DNA of 62,954 bases, filler included, from Reticulomyxa filosa (GCA_000512085.1; 24 parts of 24 records of this genome joined end to end with filler, not necessarily neighbours in it), one strand, 5' to 3'; counted from the whole stretch's first letter, positions 1-13,099 are shown. Program-made: numbers and translations. The notes: generated by a model not told the origin, from the sequence alone.

Positions 1-2450
1 CTTTCAAATGTAGAAAGATTTACTTTTCAAACTTTAATTGAAAGCAGCATCATTTAGAAGCAGTTAGATTACTTTCACTTTTGATCTTTAGTTATATAAT
101 TCCGTTTGTCAACACATATTTTGATTTTGACTTGACAAACTAAAGTCAAAATATCAAAGATACAAACCTCTTTCAGCCATCTGATACATGATTCTTTCTT
201 CAACTTTAACTTCTTTTGGACAACAAGCTTCAAGTCTTTGAAATTTGTGATCATACAAAACTGATAAAGAATAAAAAAATTAAAAAAATGGAATTAGACC
301 CTTTCTGACACAACATTTACTCAAACCAATTTTTTTTGAGTATATTTTCAAAATATCAATTACATTATATCAACAATCAATTATTTTTTATTGAATAGAA
401 TAGATACTCATTCTTTCAAAATAAGCTTTCTTTAAAAAGAAATAGTAAATTATACGAGGCAAAAATGCGAGTGATTCTCATTGAACTTTGTTATCCATTG
501 TGGTAGCACGAAAAAAACTCACAATAACAGCAATATTGACGAACTGTGGTAAAATTTGATTGGAGTTTTTGTGTTGTATTATTTTTTTGAAGAAAATATC
601 ATTGTACATAAATATCTCCAGATTAGAAAGAAACAGTTCTTTTTGCAGCTATTTGATTGTATCATCCTTTTTGAGCTAGTCTTAGATTACATTGAAAGTA
701 TCACTGAGTGTCTGTCAAAGTCTTGTTGCAAATTAAAATAAATAAATGTTATAACCAGTTATAAACAACTTATTTATTCTGTATGATCTACAAGTTTTTT
801 CATATAAATTTTTTGTTCAATTTGATTGTTACTAGCAACTGAAAAAAAAAGTTTATAATAATATTTGGATTTGGGATTCTTCAATAATGTTGTCATATTA
901 AAATTTAATTTATCTTTAAACGAACTTTTAAATTAAAAAAAGTGCAATGTATTGGTTATATATTTATATAATAATTTTTTATATCAATTTTATTTATCCA
1001 TTTAAAAATATTAAATATTAATTGAAATATAAAAGTTTGTAAATGATATTTTTGATATAAGATATAAATTTAATTGACAAAATTACATTTAATTGTTAAA
1101 AATGTAATAAATATTATTTTGATTATATTTATTGTTGTTCATCATTAACACTTTTTTTAAAAATAACAATATTTGAATTTATAAAATTTGTATTTCTAAA
1201 GTCAAAATCTTTTATAACTAACAAATTTGCATAAATGAAAGTAAAATAAAAATAACTTAGTTATGAAAATGTTTCTTAAAAAATGGTTAATTCTAGATTT
1301 TTTTCTTTTTTCCTCTTTCATGTTAGTACTTTTTGTAACAACTTACAATAGATTAAACTGAACAAGTACTTCAATCTAGTAAAAGTAAGACTTGGAAAAA
1401 CAAACTTACAATACTCATAGTAATTTGATTCAATTTCAATTAGTAACAATGTTCTTAATACTTCAGCAGTTTCACTTGAACAAGTTTTACTTCAACTAAA
1501 CATAGAACACATATTCAAAAAGGTCCACTTTGTCTTTGTTCCTTTATCTCCTTACCGTTTTAATATTTTGGAAAATAAAAATGTCAATTCTGATTACACT
1601 ACTATATCATATCATCATTTTTGTTCTGATGAATGAAAATTAATTAAACGTGCCAAGTCCGCAACTAGAAATTACTGTAAAAAAATATTTACACGCAATC
1701 ATGACAATTTGTAATTGTAAAGAAAGACAAATCATGCGTGATTAATGTCACAAACAAAGATTACATCGTTTAATTAATGACACGCGATTAAATCAAAATA
1801 CTGAGCCATGTAATAAAATATATACCAAATTTTACTTAATGTGTTATTAGAAAGGCAAATATGTTATTTTGCGAAAGTCAAGATCCGACATATTGTAGTT
1901 GCGAGTCAATACATGTAAAGTTTTTTTCATATAATTTAATATTAACAGCCATATCTGATTGGAAGAATATATTGATGCAGCAGTAGAAGCAAAATTACAG
2001 GAAATTCAAAAGCAATATGACGCAAAGAAAGAGAACATTACGCAACGTTTTGAAAACGTCAAACAACAGCTGGAAAAAATAGTTAAATCACAATAGAGTA
2101 TTGTTCCAACTTAAAAATTATTTAATTAATTGTTTTTAACATGAACAAGTNNNNNNNNNNNNNNNNNNNNNNNNNNNNNNNNNNNNNNNNNNNNTTAATT
2201 AATTAANNNNNNNNNNNNNNNNNNNNNNNNNNNNNNNNNNNNNNNNNNNNTAGATTCGTCGATGAAATTATTTTTCCAACAATCGATTTTGAACAACTTT
2301 GGAGCGTGTTTATGAGTTTCGCGAATTCGAATTTGATGATCGTAGTTTTCTGTCTTGGATTTTGTCACGATCATTTGAACATGAATATCACCTTTGTTAC
2401 CTGTCAATCTCATTTTACGCATATTTTGAAATGTGCAATGAAACACTCAT

Positions 2451-3436
2451 TCAATCAAAGTGTATTAAAAAAAAAAAGAAATAAAACAAGCATCTAAATA
2501 CACTACTAAACTTGAACAATCGATCAATCGTACATCCGTCACTTTTTTTAATTTTTGCTTCTTCCAACGAAACAGCTACTCTGCCCAACGAATCATCATG
2601 AACAAGATCTTTATTAAACACCTCCAAATGCATACAAACTGATAGAAAAGTTTCAAGTCGGGATTGCGAGTATAATTCTTCACTGAGTTATGACTTTTGC
2701 TGATTGGACACTATAACGAATAACATACGAACTTTTTTTTTATCAAACGACGTGCTTCCACCGCACAATACAATTGCACTTATTTTTAATAAAGCCTAGG
2801 TTGGCATATATTCTTTCTCGACGTCAATACACATGTCAAATTTGTGTTGTTCTTATTTGATTGCAGCTGGTAGTGGTGGTCGGTAACATAATCTTTCTAT
2901 TCTCCATTGTGATAGGTTTCAATCCATCATTTTTGTGAAAGTAACACGCTTGAACTTTTCGAATAGAGTTTGACAAGTGGAGGATCGTTTCTTTAATCAT
3001 TTCCAGTCATGTGGAAGTTGCTGGAGCCAATCTTTTTTTTTAGGACTCACACCAAGTATTTTTTTTGGACAATTTAGAATCATTCCATGCAAATGCAACT
3101 GTTGAACTTTCCTAAATATATACAAAGCCAGGAATTCCTTGTCGTCTTTGTTCACATTGACGTACAGTGAGTAAATGCATTCGTGGTTTGAGTGGTACAG
3201 TTTTTTTACGAGTCGCTGATATTGGCAGTATTGTCATTCACGTTATACTAATCACTTCCTTTGCCCAATTGATAGCCAATGTGAACTAAAGTTTTTTCTT
3301 TTGGCTAGATCGACCAAGGCGAAGTCTTCCTTCGTGATTGCAGTTTCTCAAAGTGTTGGGCCAAGACTCGGGATCTTGCCACCAAATGTCCAAGTTTCAA
3401 AGACGCGAACTTCCACGCTCATATTCTTTGTACCTG
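2451..3436 (-). pseudogene. Degraded C2-domain-containing gene fragment
   Basis: 2451-2633 translates to HLEVFNKDLVHDDSLGRVAVSL, a C2 'EVFDxD...DDxLGxVxV' motif. The upstream sequence looks coding but is broken by stops. Confidence 0.45.
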
Positions 3437-3597
3437 NNNNNNNNNNNNNNNNNNNNNNNNNNNNNNNNNNNNNNNNNNNNTTAATTAATTAANNNNNNNN
3501 NNNNNNNNNNNNNNNNNNNNNNNNNNNNNNNNNNNNTCCCTTCCTCCCTTCCTCCATTCTTCCATTTTCAGAGTTACTTTTTTTTATTTTTTTATAT

Positions 3598-4400
3598 ATG
3601 TTCGCAATTGAGTGTAAACAGTCGTTGACTCCGCATATAACTGGCGGCCATGCGCAAGCACAGGTGAATGCGACGACATATCTTTTGAATGAAAACAGTG
3701 TGTCGTTGGCAAACCAGCGGATATCGTTTCTGAGAAAGCAGATAATGGCCAACCCGACCAACCCCAAATCGTGGGGATTGGACATGATCAATTCGACAGA
3801 AAGGAAAAGCATCAGTCAGCACGAACGCTCGCTCAAGCCAAACACGTCCTTGACGCCACGCGAAAAGCTGCAGCAAATGCTGGCATTGACCGGACTCGGT
3901 CGCTCTGGAGCTGTCGCCGATGTCAATTGCACCAATCCCGACCATGACTATACGTACGAGGATGACCAGGATAATTACAATTACCATTATACTGGCAACG
4001 ATCATGCTGACGATGATAACGATAACGACAATGACAATGATAATGATAATGATAATGATGATGACAATAAGAATAATGATAATAATAATAATGATAATGC
4101 CAAAGGAGATGGCATCAGAATAGATGGAAGTGATAGTCGTGGAAATGATAATAATAATGACAATAATAATGATGATAATGACAATGATAATAATAATGAC
4201 AATGATAATGATAATGACAATGATAATGATAACGTGATGCGCTTAAAGTATAACAATAGTGAACCATGGATTCGAAATGAAACGGCCAACGTCCCAAATG
4301 CAAGTAAGACTGAAACAGAGGCAATTCATGGGAACGATGTACATGCGCAAGACAACCTATTGAACCATTTTACATGTGACGTTTCCATACCTGATCAAAA
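3598..4400 (+). CDS. Partial hypothetical protein with Asp/Asn low-complexity tract
   Basis: Open frame with coding-like composition. No domain recognised. The 3' end of the track ORF runs into T-rich non-coding sequence. Confidence 0.5.
4010..4233 (+). repeat. (GATAAT/GACAAT/AAT)n coding microsatellite encoding DN repeats
   Basis: Directly visible tandem hexamers and trimers. Confidence 0.9.
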
Positions 4401-5116
4401 CACCGTATGCAACATAGTAATACTATTTCCGTTAGATTGTAAGTGCCATTATTCTGCAAATGACTCAATATCATCAGTAATATTGTCGAAATCAACACAC
4501 AGCTTTTTTTTTTTATATATCTTTATTTTTATTTTATTCTATTTTCTTTTTATAGATCGCTTGTGTTTTTTTTTTTTTTTATTTTTTTTGCACGTGTTTA
4601 ATAATTGGAGGCAAGCACTCTTAGTATATTAATTAAGGCTATAACAACCATTGGAGGAGAAAAAAAACGGTTTAAAAAAATTTTGTGCTGTTATTCACTT
4701 TTTTTCTTCTCCACTCTCTTTTGTTGACTTTATGTAGGTTTTCAGATTTTTTCTTGTTTTTTTTCATGGACTTGCCATGAATGTCTATTTTATGCTATTT
4801 TCCTTGTTTGTTGCTTTTGCTGTTTTATTCATCGCTTTTAAAAAATAAGATAAACTAGTATTGTGGTAGTGTTCTTGTGGGACTCGTACTGGTTTGTTTT
4901 GTTTGAAGAATTTTGTTATGAATGGATGAAAACTCGTTTTGGATTTTAAACATACAATAAACTTTCGACAAAATTTAAAATAAAAAAAACTGAAAGTGAA
5001 TCGCTTTTTTCGTTTTCCAACCGAAAAAAGGAAAACCCTTTCGTTGACTTGAGAGAGAAAATTCAAACATTTTATATCTTATATCATTGAAGAAGATCCC
5101 AAAGGAAGTGAAAGAA

Positions 5117-6512
5117 ATGACCACTCTTGGCAATGAAAAACAAACTTTAACGCAATTACCATTGGTTTGAATCTTTCAAAAAACTGGTTGTCTTTAAATC
5201 TGTACTGTGTTTGTTGTGTGCTTTGTTATCGGGTTAGTCGGAAGAAAAAATGATTCTGATGATTATTGAACATTGGGTTCAAATATTAAGCATCAAATTA
5301 GGATGGATCAATGATTTTAACAAACTTGTTGTCAAATACGTTAGTTTTTAATTTTTTTCATTCAGCTACAATCAAAACCTTCAAAATTTGTTTGTTATTA
5401 TTTACAATTACAATTTAACATAGGCAACTACTTCTGTCATGCTCAACATATTTAGTTCATCATCTAAATTAATTAAAACATTCGATGGACATATTGGTCG
5501 TGTCCATAGTATTGATTACTCAGAATTCGATGGTGGCCAATTCATTTGTTCTGGATCACAAGACTACACAGTTCGTGTATGGGATGTGGACACTACTAAA
5601 CAAATTGGACAATTCAGACATTCAAGTGTAGTAAATTGTGTGAAATTTTCACCTTATCATTATCATAATCTTCGTCTTAATGTAATCTGTTTTTCTTCAT
5701 TTGACAAAGCAGTTCGTTTTTGGGATATCAAAGAAAATAAGCAATTACAAATATTCAATGAAAATGATAGTTGGTTCAGTGGAATTGTATTTTCATCATT
5801 TAACAGTGGTCAATATTTATGTTCAGGATCATTTAACAAAACTATTCGTCTGTTGGACGTTGAGACAACTAAAACGTTGCATACTTTCAATGGACATACA
5901 GCAAGTGTTTGGTGCGTATCTTTTTCACCATTACAAAACAGCAATGATAAGAGTAATAATATTGGTGTGATTGGTGGTAATGGATATACAATTTGTTCTG
6001 GATCGTCAGATCAAACGATTCGCATGTGGGATATTGAAACTGGAAAACAATTAACTATACTCAAAGGACATGAAGGAGCAGTGTTGACTGCACAATATGG
6101 ATCAAATGAATCAGGAATTGTTGGTGGTGTAAATATAATATTGTCAGGATCTGCTGATAAAAGTGTTCGTTTGTGGGACGTCCGATCTAGTAAACACATT
6201 CAAGTATTTAACGGACACACTGATGATGTGAGTGCTGTTGAATATTCACCATTTGTGGTAAATAATATTGAAGCTGGTGGTAGTTCGAATGTAATATGTT
6301 CTGGCTCATTGGATAATACAATTCGTTTTTGGGATATTCGATCAAATAAGGATGAATTGCATGTGATCAAAGGAGATGATGGGAAAGATCGTGGAATAGT
6401 GTGTTTTAAATTTTTATTGTTGAATACGCAAGGACGGCACAATGAAAAAACAAATGGTGGTGTTGATTTATGTTACGGCTCATACAAAGGCCCCATTTGT
6501 ATTTGGGGATGA
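5117..6512 (+). CDS. WD40-repeat protein, family A, apparently intact; exons 5117-5164, 5238-5339, 5424-6512
   Basis: GT-AG introns 5165-5237 and 5340-5423 splice in frame. Multiple GH...WD repeats (GHIGRVHSIDYS...VRVWD; IGGNGYTICSGSSDQTIRMWD). Ends ICIWG*. Confidence 0.92.
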
Positions 6513-6819
6513 ATATATTAAATAAAGTTTCTTTTTTTGTTTACTAAAATTTTGTTAAAGGAAAGAAAAACTAACATTAGATAAATTGGTATTAACTTGA
6601 ACTTAACTTTCATTGATAAGTTTAATTTCATTCTTGAAACTTTTTTTAGTTTTTTCTTGAGATGACCTTTGATGATGCAAGATAAAAATACTTGAACTTT
6701 TGTTTATAAAAGGAAAAACTGAACTTAAATCTACAAAAAACATTTTGTAAGATATTTGTACATCACAATAAGCAGTACTAAAAATATTAATCATAGAATG
6801 GCAATATAATGTTACTTAT

Positions 6820-7530
6820 TTTGTGAATAAACAGGTCAGTGAATGGGATTACTCATATCATCAATCAAAATGGAATTATGGTAATGTAGATATTGCATAT
6901 CCCTACTTAAATAACGATTTTTTACAGCACTTAAATGATGAAAATTCATACAATGGTCATTACACTGTTTTTCGTAAAGCACCACCATCAGGAAATTTGT
7001 TACAATTTAAAATTATATTACAGAATAAGCCTCACATTGGCATAAACGATTTATGCAGTGAAGAGAATTGAATATGCAATGAATTCTGTGAAAGACAAAT
7101 TTTCTTGATAAAGATGATATTATCAAACTCATTAATGAAAGGGAATATGAAACATTATTGCAAGGAGGTGCGACTTTCTCATTGAGAATTAGTCAGGATA
7201 ATTTGAAAGAGATAATAATCAACAATAATTTATTGTATTGGGCAGCAAGTAGAAATGTAATGATTATAGTTGATGAAAATACAAATAAAAAAAGATTTGA
7301 TGAAGGATGGTATCTATTACCATTTTTAATCACTCGAATATTTTTGTTATTTGAAATATGTGTGCGATTGAGAAGTTTCATTAGATTACCAAAAGATACA
7401 ACATTTAAATAAGTATATGAAAAAGGAACGAAAGAATTGCAAGTGCAATTGATAACTTATTGAGATTATGTTATCACTAGATAATTTGGACACAAATACC
7501 CAGATTTGATTGAAGATTGGGATTGCAATG
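6820..7530 (+). pseudogene. Fragmented hypothetical coding sequence
   Basis: Consecutive short ORFs (6823-7071, 7158-7412) with protein-like composition, separated by stops or frameshifts. No family recognised. Confidence 0.3.
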
Positions 7531-7573
7531 TCGATGATCGTATCCCAATGGAATGGTTCAACATTAATCAACA

Positions 7574-8420
7574 TTAAGTAGAATGGAACAAAATGTAAAA
7601 GAATGACGCATTTATAGGACAACAGAAATAGAATAAATCAACAAGCAAGAATTTCGTGTTGGGGAATGCACTCACCGGTGAGATAATTAAATCAATATTT
7701 TCCTCGTTCATCAGTTGCCAAAATCGATAGCGAAATTGGTCCATATCATAGTTAACTTGTCGTTCCTCTTTAACGGTTATTCCACCACTTCTTCCTAGGC
7801 GAACAAACACCGACTTTCTCTTTTCGCCTGCTAAAGCAAATAAGGTCGAGACCAAAGGACGCAATGCATTGGGAAGAGTAGCACCCAAGTATGCAGTTTT
7901 AAAGCCATCAACCAAATACTCTCCCTGCAAAGCGTCTGTGTATTCGACCATATCACCCGCTGCTCCCGTGTATGCAAAGTAATTGACAGTGGCGAATTCA
8001 CCCAAAGAGTCATACGGCTCGAACAACTCTGGTCGGCGAGCGATTATCTTTCCCACGTCTACAACCTCGTATCTATTATCCCCCGTCGCAATTTAAAAAC
8101 AGACGCTTTTATTATCCAACAAATAACATTTTTCATTAAAAAAAACAAAACAAAAACAAACCCTAAATCCTTTGCAATGTATCCAATTGTTTCTTCCATT
8201 GCTCTTTGAACAGTAGGCACTGGCGTAATGTACCCATCATTGATCAAATATCCAATTTTCAGTTTTTTTTTTGACTTAAAAATTTCTTCTCGAAATGGAA
8301 GTGGTGGCATATGCGCATCCAGTATGGAGGCTTCTTTCGACCACAAAACTTTCATCATTGCCACAATGTCATCAACATATCGACACATCGGACCAAATGC
8401 ACTCCTTTTTTTTTTCCCAG
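7574..8420 (-). CDS. Fatty-acid amide hydrolase (FAAH)-like amidase, internal exons only; possibly a pseudogene
   Basis: GPMCRYVDD...LDAHMPPLPFREEIFKSKKKLKIGY...TPVPTVQRAM matches FAAH GPMARDV...LDPTVPPLPFREEVY...LRVGY. IDLIISP matches LDVVLTP. The GGSSGG signature and the C-terminus are not seen. Confidence 0.75.
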
Positions 8421-9019
8421 AAAATGTATACATATATGTACATATATATATATCTTGCTAGTAGGAAAAAAAAAAAACAAATAGACAAGATGAACTTGAT
8501 TGATGGTTTTTTTCAATAACATCATCGATCAATACCCTCTCTACCTTGGCACTCTTTTTGATATTTTAACAATTTGCAGGTCATTTTCATCGATACATTT
8601 CTATAATTTTCAACAAAATAACTTTGGTTACATTTGTTTTTTTGTAAGGGTTTTTATTTCTTAAAAAAAAAATCAGAGAGAGGTCAAAAAATTTTATCAT
8701 TCGACTCAATCGCAGCGTAAAAGGTCTTCATCAAATTAACAGACAAAGAAAATTACACATTAAAACAAAATCACGCACCTTTTTTCGCACTAAACACTGC
8801 TTTTGCGGATGTGCTCATTGGTTGGACCAAACATTTTTGCTAACTATAAACAATAAAAACAAACAAAATGGTAATCACATCAAATATTTACATTTTTATT
8901 CAAATAATTTTTTCTCTTCNNNNNNNNNNNNNNNNNNNNNNNNNNNNNNNNNNNNNNNNNNNNTTAATTAATTAANNNNNNNNNNNNNNNNNNNNNNNNN
9001 NNNNNNNNNNNNNNNNNNN

Positions 9020-9223
9020 AGAATTTTCAAAAATCATTTGAAAGAATGTTGATTTCATCCAACAAAAAAAAAAGTTATTAAAAAATCAATATCATATTTA
9101 AAAACTACAAGACTTGTAGATATTTTAAAAAAAAAATTAGGCTAAATGTTGATTTTTCATTGAGAAAATCAATTATCATCATATGATATCGTTTAGGCGT
9201 TCAGTTTTCTTTGCAACCTACTG
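9020..9223. mobile_element. MITE family 1, right arm (cut by contig start), followed by TA at 9224-9225
   Basis: Ends ...TTTGCAACCTACTG|TA. Near-identical to 60848-60977 and similar to 39790-39897. Confidence 0.85.
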
Positions 9224-10590
9224 TATTTTTGTTCATTATTATCTTGATATTTCCATTGTTCAAATTCAAATAATATTTTTATCGTCTTATTGATATTTCC
9301 TTGACACAAATCATCAAGTGCAACATAAATAAGATTCAAGTCAATTGAATGATTCCATATTGAACTTATTTGCATAGTTTGTTGGCTATACTGGTCATAT
9401 TTCACACATGTCAATAATATCACTTGCGTATATTCATCTTCACTTTCTACTGTTGCATTCCATGCATAATATTCTTTATGTGTTTTCTCGTCATCCTTAT
9501 AGCCTATGTAAAATCTTGCAAACAAAATTTCACGTTCATGTTTGAATGGAGATATCCATGATACATCACAACTATCAATCATTTGTGCTCTTCTCATAGA
9601 AGGATGAAAATGTAAAATACATTCTCGATCACTTCTATACATTTGTGCAACTTCAGTATCATCAGAAGTACTTACATGATTTATGAAAAATCCTGATTTT
9701 ATTTCTTTAATATTCTCCAATCTCACATTTTTCAATCCACAATATAATTCCATTTCACTTTCTTCTCTTCTTTCATGTTTATGCAAGATGCCAATAGCAT
9801 CACTCAAATAAAAATCTAAATAAGGCCAATTAAATTGCATTTGATCATAGCTGAATGTAACATTACATGATTTACCACAATACAATAAAATTGCACAAAT
9901 TTCATTTAATTGAAGTGGATATCCCATTGTTTATGAATATCATCATGATACAATATCTTCAATTCATTTAATATTGTTAATATTTTATCATTTAATATCA
10001 ATTTACCATTTTTATCCTTTTCATTAAACTTAATTGTTTGTTTGATATTATCATAAAATTGCTTTTTCTCTTTTTTATTATTTGTATATTGAAATGTGAT
10101 TAAATCACATAAATAACCATTTTTATTACTTCATGGAACAGTTTCTGCAAATCATTGTTTCTTGTCAATTTTACATCTATTGAATCTCTAATCATTTTAA
10201 GTTTGTGCAAATCACATTCATACAATAATGGATTGAATTTAGATTTTTGATTTGATGGAATAAATTCAATACCTAAGTCATCACTTTTTGGTAAATGATT
10301 TCTTTCAATACTAATTGTACGTTTGTAGGGTATCATGAAATAATATAATATTTCCCAATATACTTGAATAATTGAATAATGAAGAAGATTTTTGTAAATA
10401 TCATGTAATAATACATTTGAGTCATTCACTTTTGATGATATTGCTGGTTTACATTTGTCAAATTTACATTCAAATAATATTAATTCATCTCTTCCATTTG
10501 TAAAATAACTTCTCATTTATAAATTATGTTGTACATATTGTATTCCTTGCTTGAGAATGATTGAATATCTTAAATTTCTACAATTAAAAA
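9193..10590 (-). pseudogene. ADP-ribosyltransferase (R-S-E clade)-like gene, disrupted
   Basis: Motifs LYCGL (LYRG position), HVSTS, ILHF and VSWISPFKHEREILF (ExE). ORFs 10100-10516 and 9193-9927 join via two single-A slips (~10120, ~9928). In-frame TAA at 10517-10519. The 3' end is replaced by a MITE. Confidence 0.75.
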
Positions 10591-11039
10591 AGAACAGAAA
10601 AGGCAATGATAATTTGAGTTGTGATATTAATTTGTGTTATGGTTTACAAAGAAGTCATATTCATATTTGTGGATAGCAACATAAAAAATATTTTTGAGTG
10701 ATTTGATTCATTGTGAGTGAATTAATAAAATAATTTTCTCACTTAATTAATATATGCATTTCGATTTACATTTGTTCAAGCACAGTTGAATAGAGGATTT
10801 CATTTTAATTAAAAGGATGGCATAAAATAAAATGTAGTAAGCAAATATAAAAAGCAGGATGAAAAAAAGAACAGTTTTTTTTGCTAATTTTATTTTATTT
10901 TTTTTTGTCATGCAAATTTCTTCTTTTCTAATATGATATTGCGAATATTTCTTGCATTGTTTGCAACTCTGTACAGTATTTTTTTCCACATAATCATTTC
11001 AAAACCAAAAACTACTTGAATAAAGTCCCTCAACACTAA

Positions 11040-11252
11040 CAACATAGGTAGTCAAAGCAATCTTTTTTCAACTTTGAAGGATTTGCCCACTTCACTTCTT
11101 AATCTCAATGCTTACTACAAAAAATAGGAAATCATTTGTGACGTTACGCTTATCATACACTCAAAAAGGAATACAAATTTGTGAGTATCCAAGTGATGTG
11201 GAATTAGGTGAATAACAACAATAACAAAGACAGTAATGAAATCACTTTTCAC
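11040..11252 (+). pseudogene. Decayed Kelch-repeat gene 5' remnant
   Basis: Mixed-frame translation TLKDLPTSL..SQCLL...YHTLKKEYKF..EYPSDVEL resembles, from recall, the N-terminus of this lineage's Kelch family. Confidence 0.5.
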
Positions 11253-11584
11253 NNNNNNNNNNNNNNNNNNNNNNNNNNNNNNNNNNNNNNNNNNNNTTAA
11301 TTAATTAANNNNNNNNNNNNNNNNNNNNNNNNNNNNNNNNNNNNNNNNNNNNAAACAGTTAAAAAAAAAAAAAAAAAAAGACACAAAAAAAGCAAACCGC
11401 GTATTTCAAAATGTTTTGTGCAAGGAAAGAAATTGTGTCCAATGAATTTAAGAGAGAGAAGTGTAGTGAGAGCATTAGTTGAATCTCTTGGAAACTGTGA
11501 TATGTGAACATAGATAAGAAAGTCGATAGCGACAAAAAAAAAAAAAAAAAAATAAATGACAATATAGGTGTTTGTTCTCCAATC

Positions 11585-12360
11585 TTATTTATTTTGTTTC
11601 TGAGCACTATTTGAAGTGGATGATTTTTCATCAGTTTGACGCTGTTGTTGCTGTCCTTGTTGTTCTTGTTGTTCTTGTTCTTGTTGTTTGCGTTGTTCCT
11701 CTTTTTGTTTTTGCAAGGACTTGTCTTTTTCAGCAAGCTCTTCTTCAGACCCATATTTTTTGGCAAACTCTTTTGTGTTGGCTAAAAAGTCGCGATAGGA
11801 ATCGGATTGGAAAGGTCGTTCGCCCAGAATGGCGACCAGATCATCGTGGCCCAAAGTTTCAGCTTCCAACAGCTTGGCAGCCAATTTGGCGACCAAATCT
11901 TTTTTTTCAGTGAGCAATTTGGTGGTTTCTTCATAAGCTTTTCGAACGAGCTTTGAGGCTTCGACGTCGATAAGCTCGGCGGTTTTTTCAGAGTAAGGTC
12001 GATAGGTTTGAACGCCGTCGTTTTGTTCCGGAGGGAATGACAAGTGTCCGACTTTGTCATTCATCCCGTAGATGACGATTTGGTTATAAGCAATTTTCGT
12101 TACTTTGTTTAAGTCATCGGCGGCCCCTGTGGAGACCTTTTGGAAGAAGATCTCTTCCGCGACGCGTCCCCCCAAGGCCATGCATATCATATGATACAGT
12201 TGAATGCGGTTATACAATTGGATTTCCTTCGGCAAGTACTGCGCAAATCCAAGAGCGCCACTCGCGCGAGGGACTACCGTTACTTTCAGTAATGGCTCTG
12301 CATGTTCTAAAAACCAGCCTGCAACTGCGTGCCCTGCCTCATGATGTGCAATTAATGCCC
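11585..12360 (-). CDS. m-AAA protease (AFG3L2/paraplegin/FtsH type) peptidase M41 domain, last exon
   Basis: IAHHEAGHAVAGWFLEHAEPLLKVTVVPRASGALGFAQYLP (HExxH, upstream of the track ORF start), LGGRVAEE and STGAADDL. Confidence 0.95.
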
Positions 12361-12371
12361 TTTTTTTTTTT

Positions 12372-12404
<33 letters not shown>

Positions 12405-13099
12405 NNNNNNNNNNNNNNNNNNNNNNNNNNNNNNNNNNNNNNNNNNNNTTAATTAATTAANNNNNNNNNNNNNNNNNNNNNNNNNNNNNNNNNNNNNNNN
12501 NNNNCATGAGCATTTCACATTGTGTGATGTGTTTACAATTTTGTCTGTTTTAAAAAATTATGTTATATGCATTTTTGATATCTTTATTTTAAAACAAAGA
12601 AGATTTTTTTACAAAAATTCTCCGATAACAAACTGACACCACTGGCAGGAGAACAAACTGGTTTCTTTTTAAAAAGTTGGATCAGCATTTAAAAAAAAAC
12701 AAACAAACTGAACAAATACCACTGACAGCACAAGAAAACAAAACAAGACTAAGACCACTACAGAAAAACAGTCGAGCACATTTTGCATCATCTCCACTGT
12801 CTGATTCTTTTCTGCACCATCACTGTGTCCATATCTGCACATCATTCTGTTTATGTCAGCAACCATCTTGTATTGGGCCAGTCTATTTTGTTTGTATCGA
12901 TCAGATGTGAGATAGAGTGAGAAATAAAGTATTAACACATTACTTAACATCAGATCACGACACTTTGAAAAAACGAAGATTGACGTTACCAGCAATTGAT
13001 GTAAAGCATTGTTTATTATTTACATTTGATATAAATAATTGAACATTGCTTTTTTTCACTTGACGCATTAGTAAGCCTACTAAAGATACGGACATGTAA

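Noticed and set aside
2195-2206. Recurring TTAATTAATTAA as a biological repeat, CRISPR-like array or chromosome-breakage signal
   Set aside because: Always centred in exactly 44+44 Ns; it is a six-frame-stop concatenation spacer.
4002-4324. ORFs with SL, YH or MI repeats, and similar ORFs at 15406, 20770, 20897, 58738 and 59265-59562
   Set aside because: Alternative-frame or antisense translations of microsatellites and T-rich tracts.
10517-10519. Ciliate-like genetic code (TAA/TAG = Gln), suggested by in-frame TAA in the ART, TRAF and WD40 remnants
   Set aside because: Long conserved exons (RRP5, WD40s, PRL) have no internal TAA/TAG, and WD40 paralogs end with TAA or TGA at the same position. 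These are nonsense mutations.
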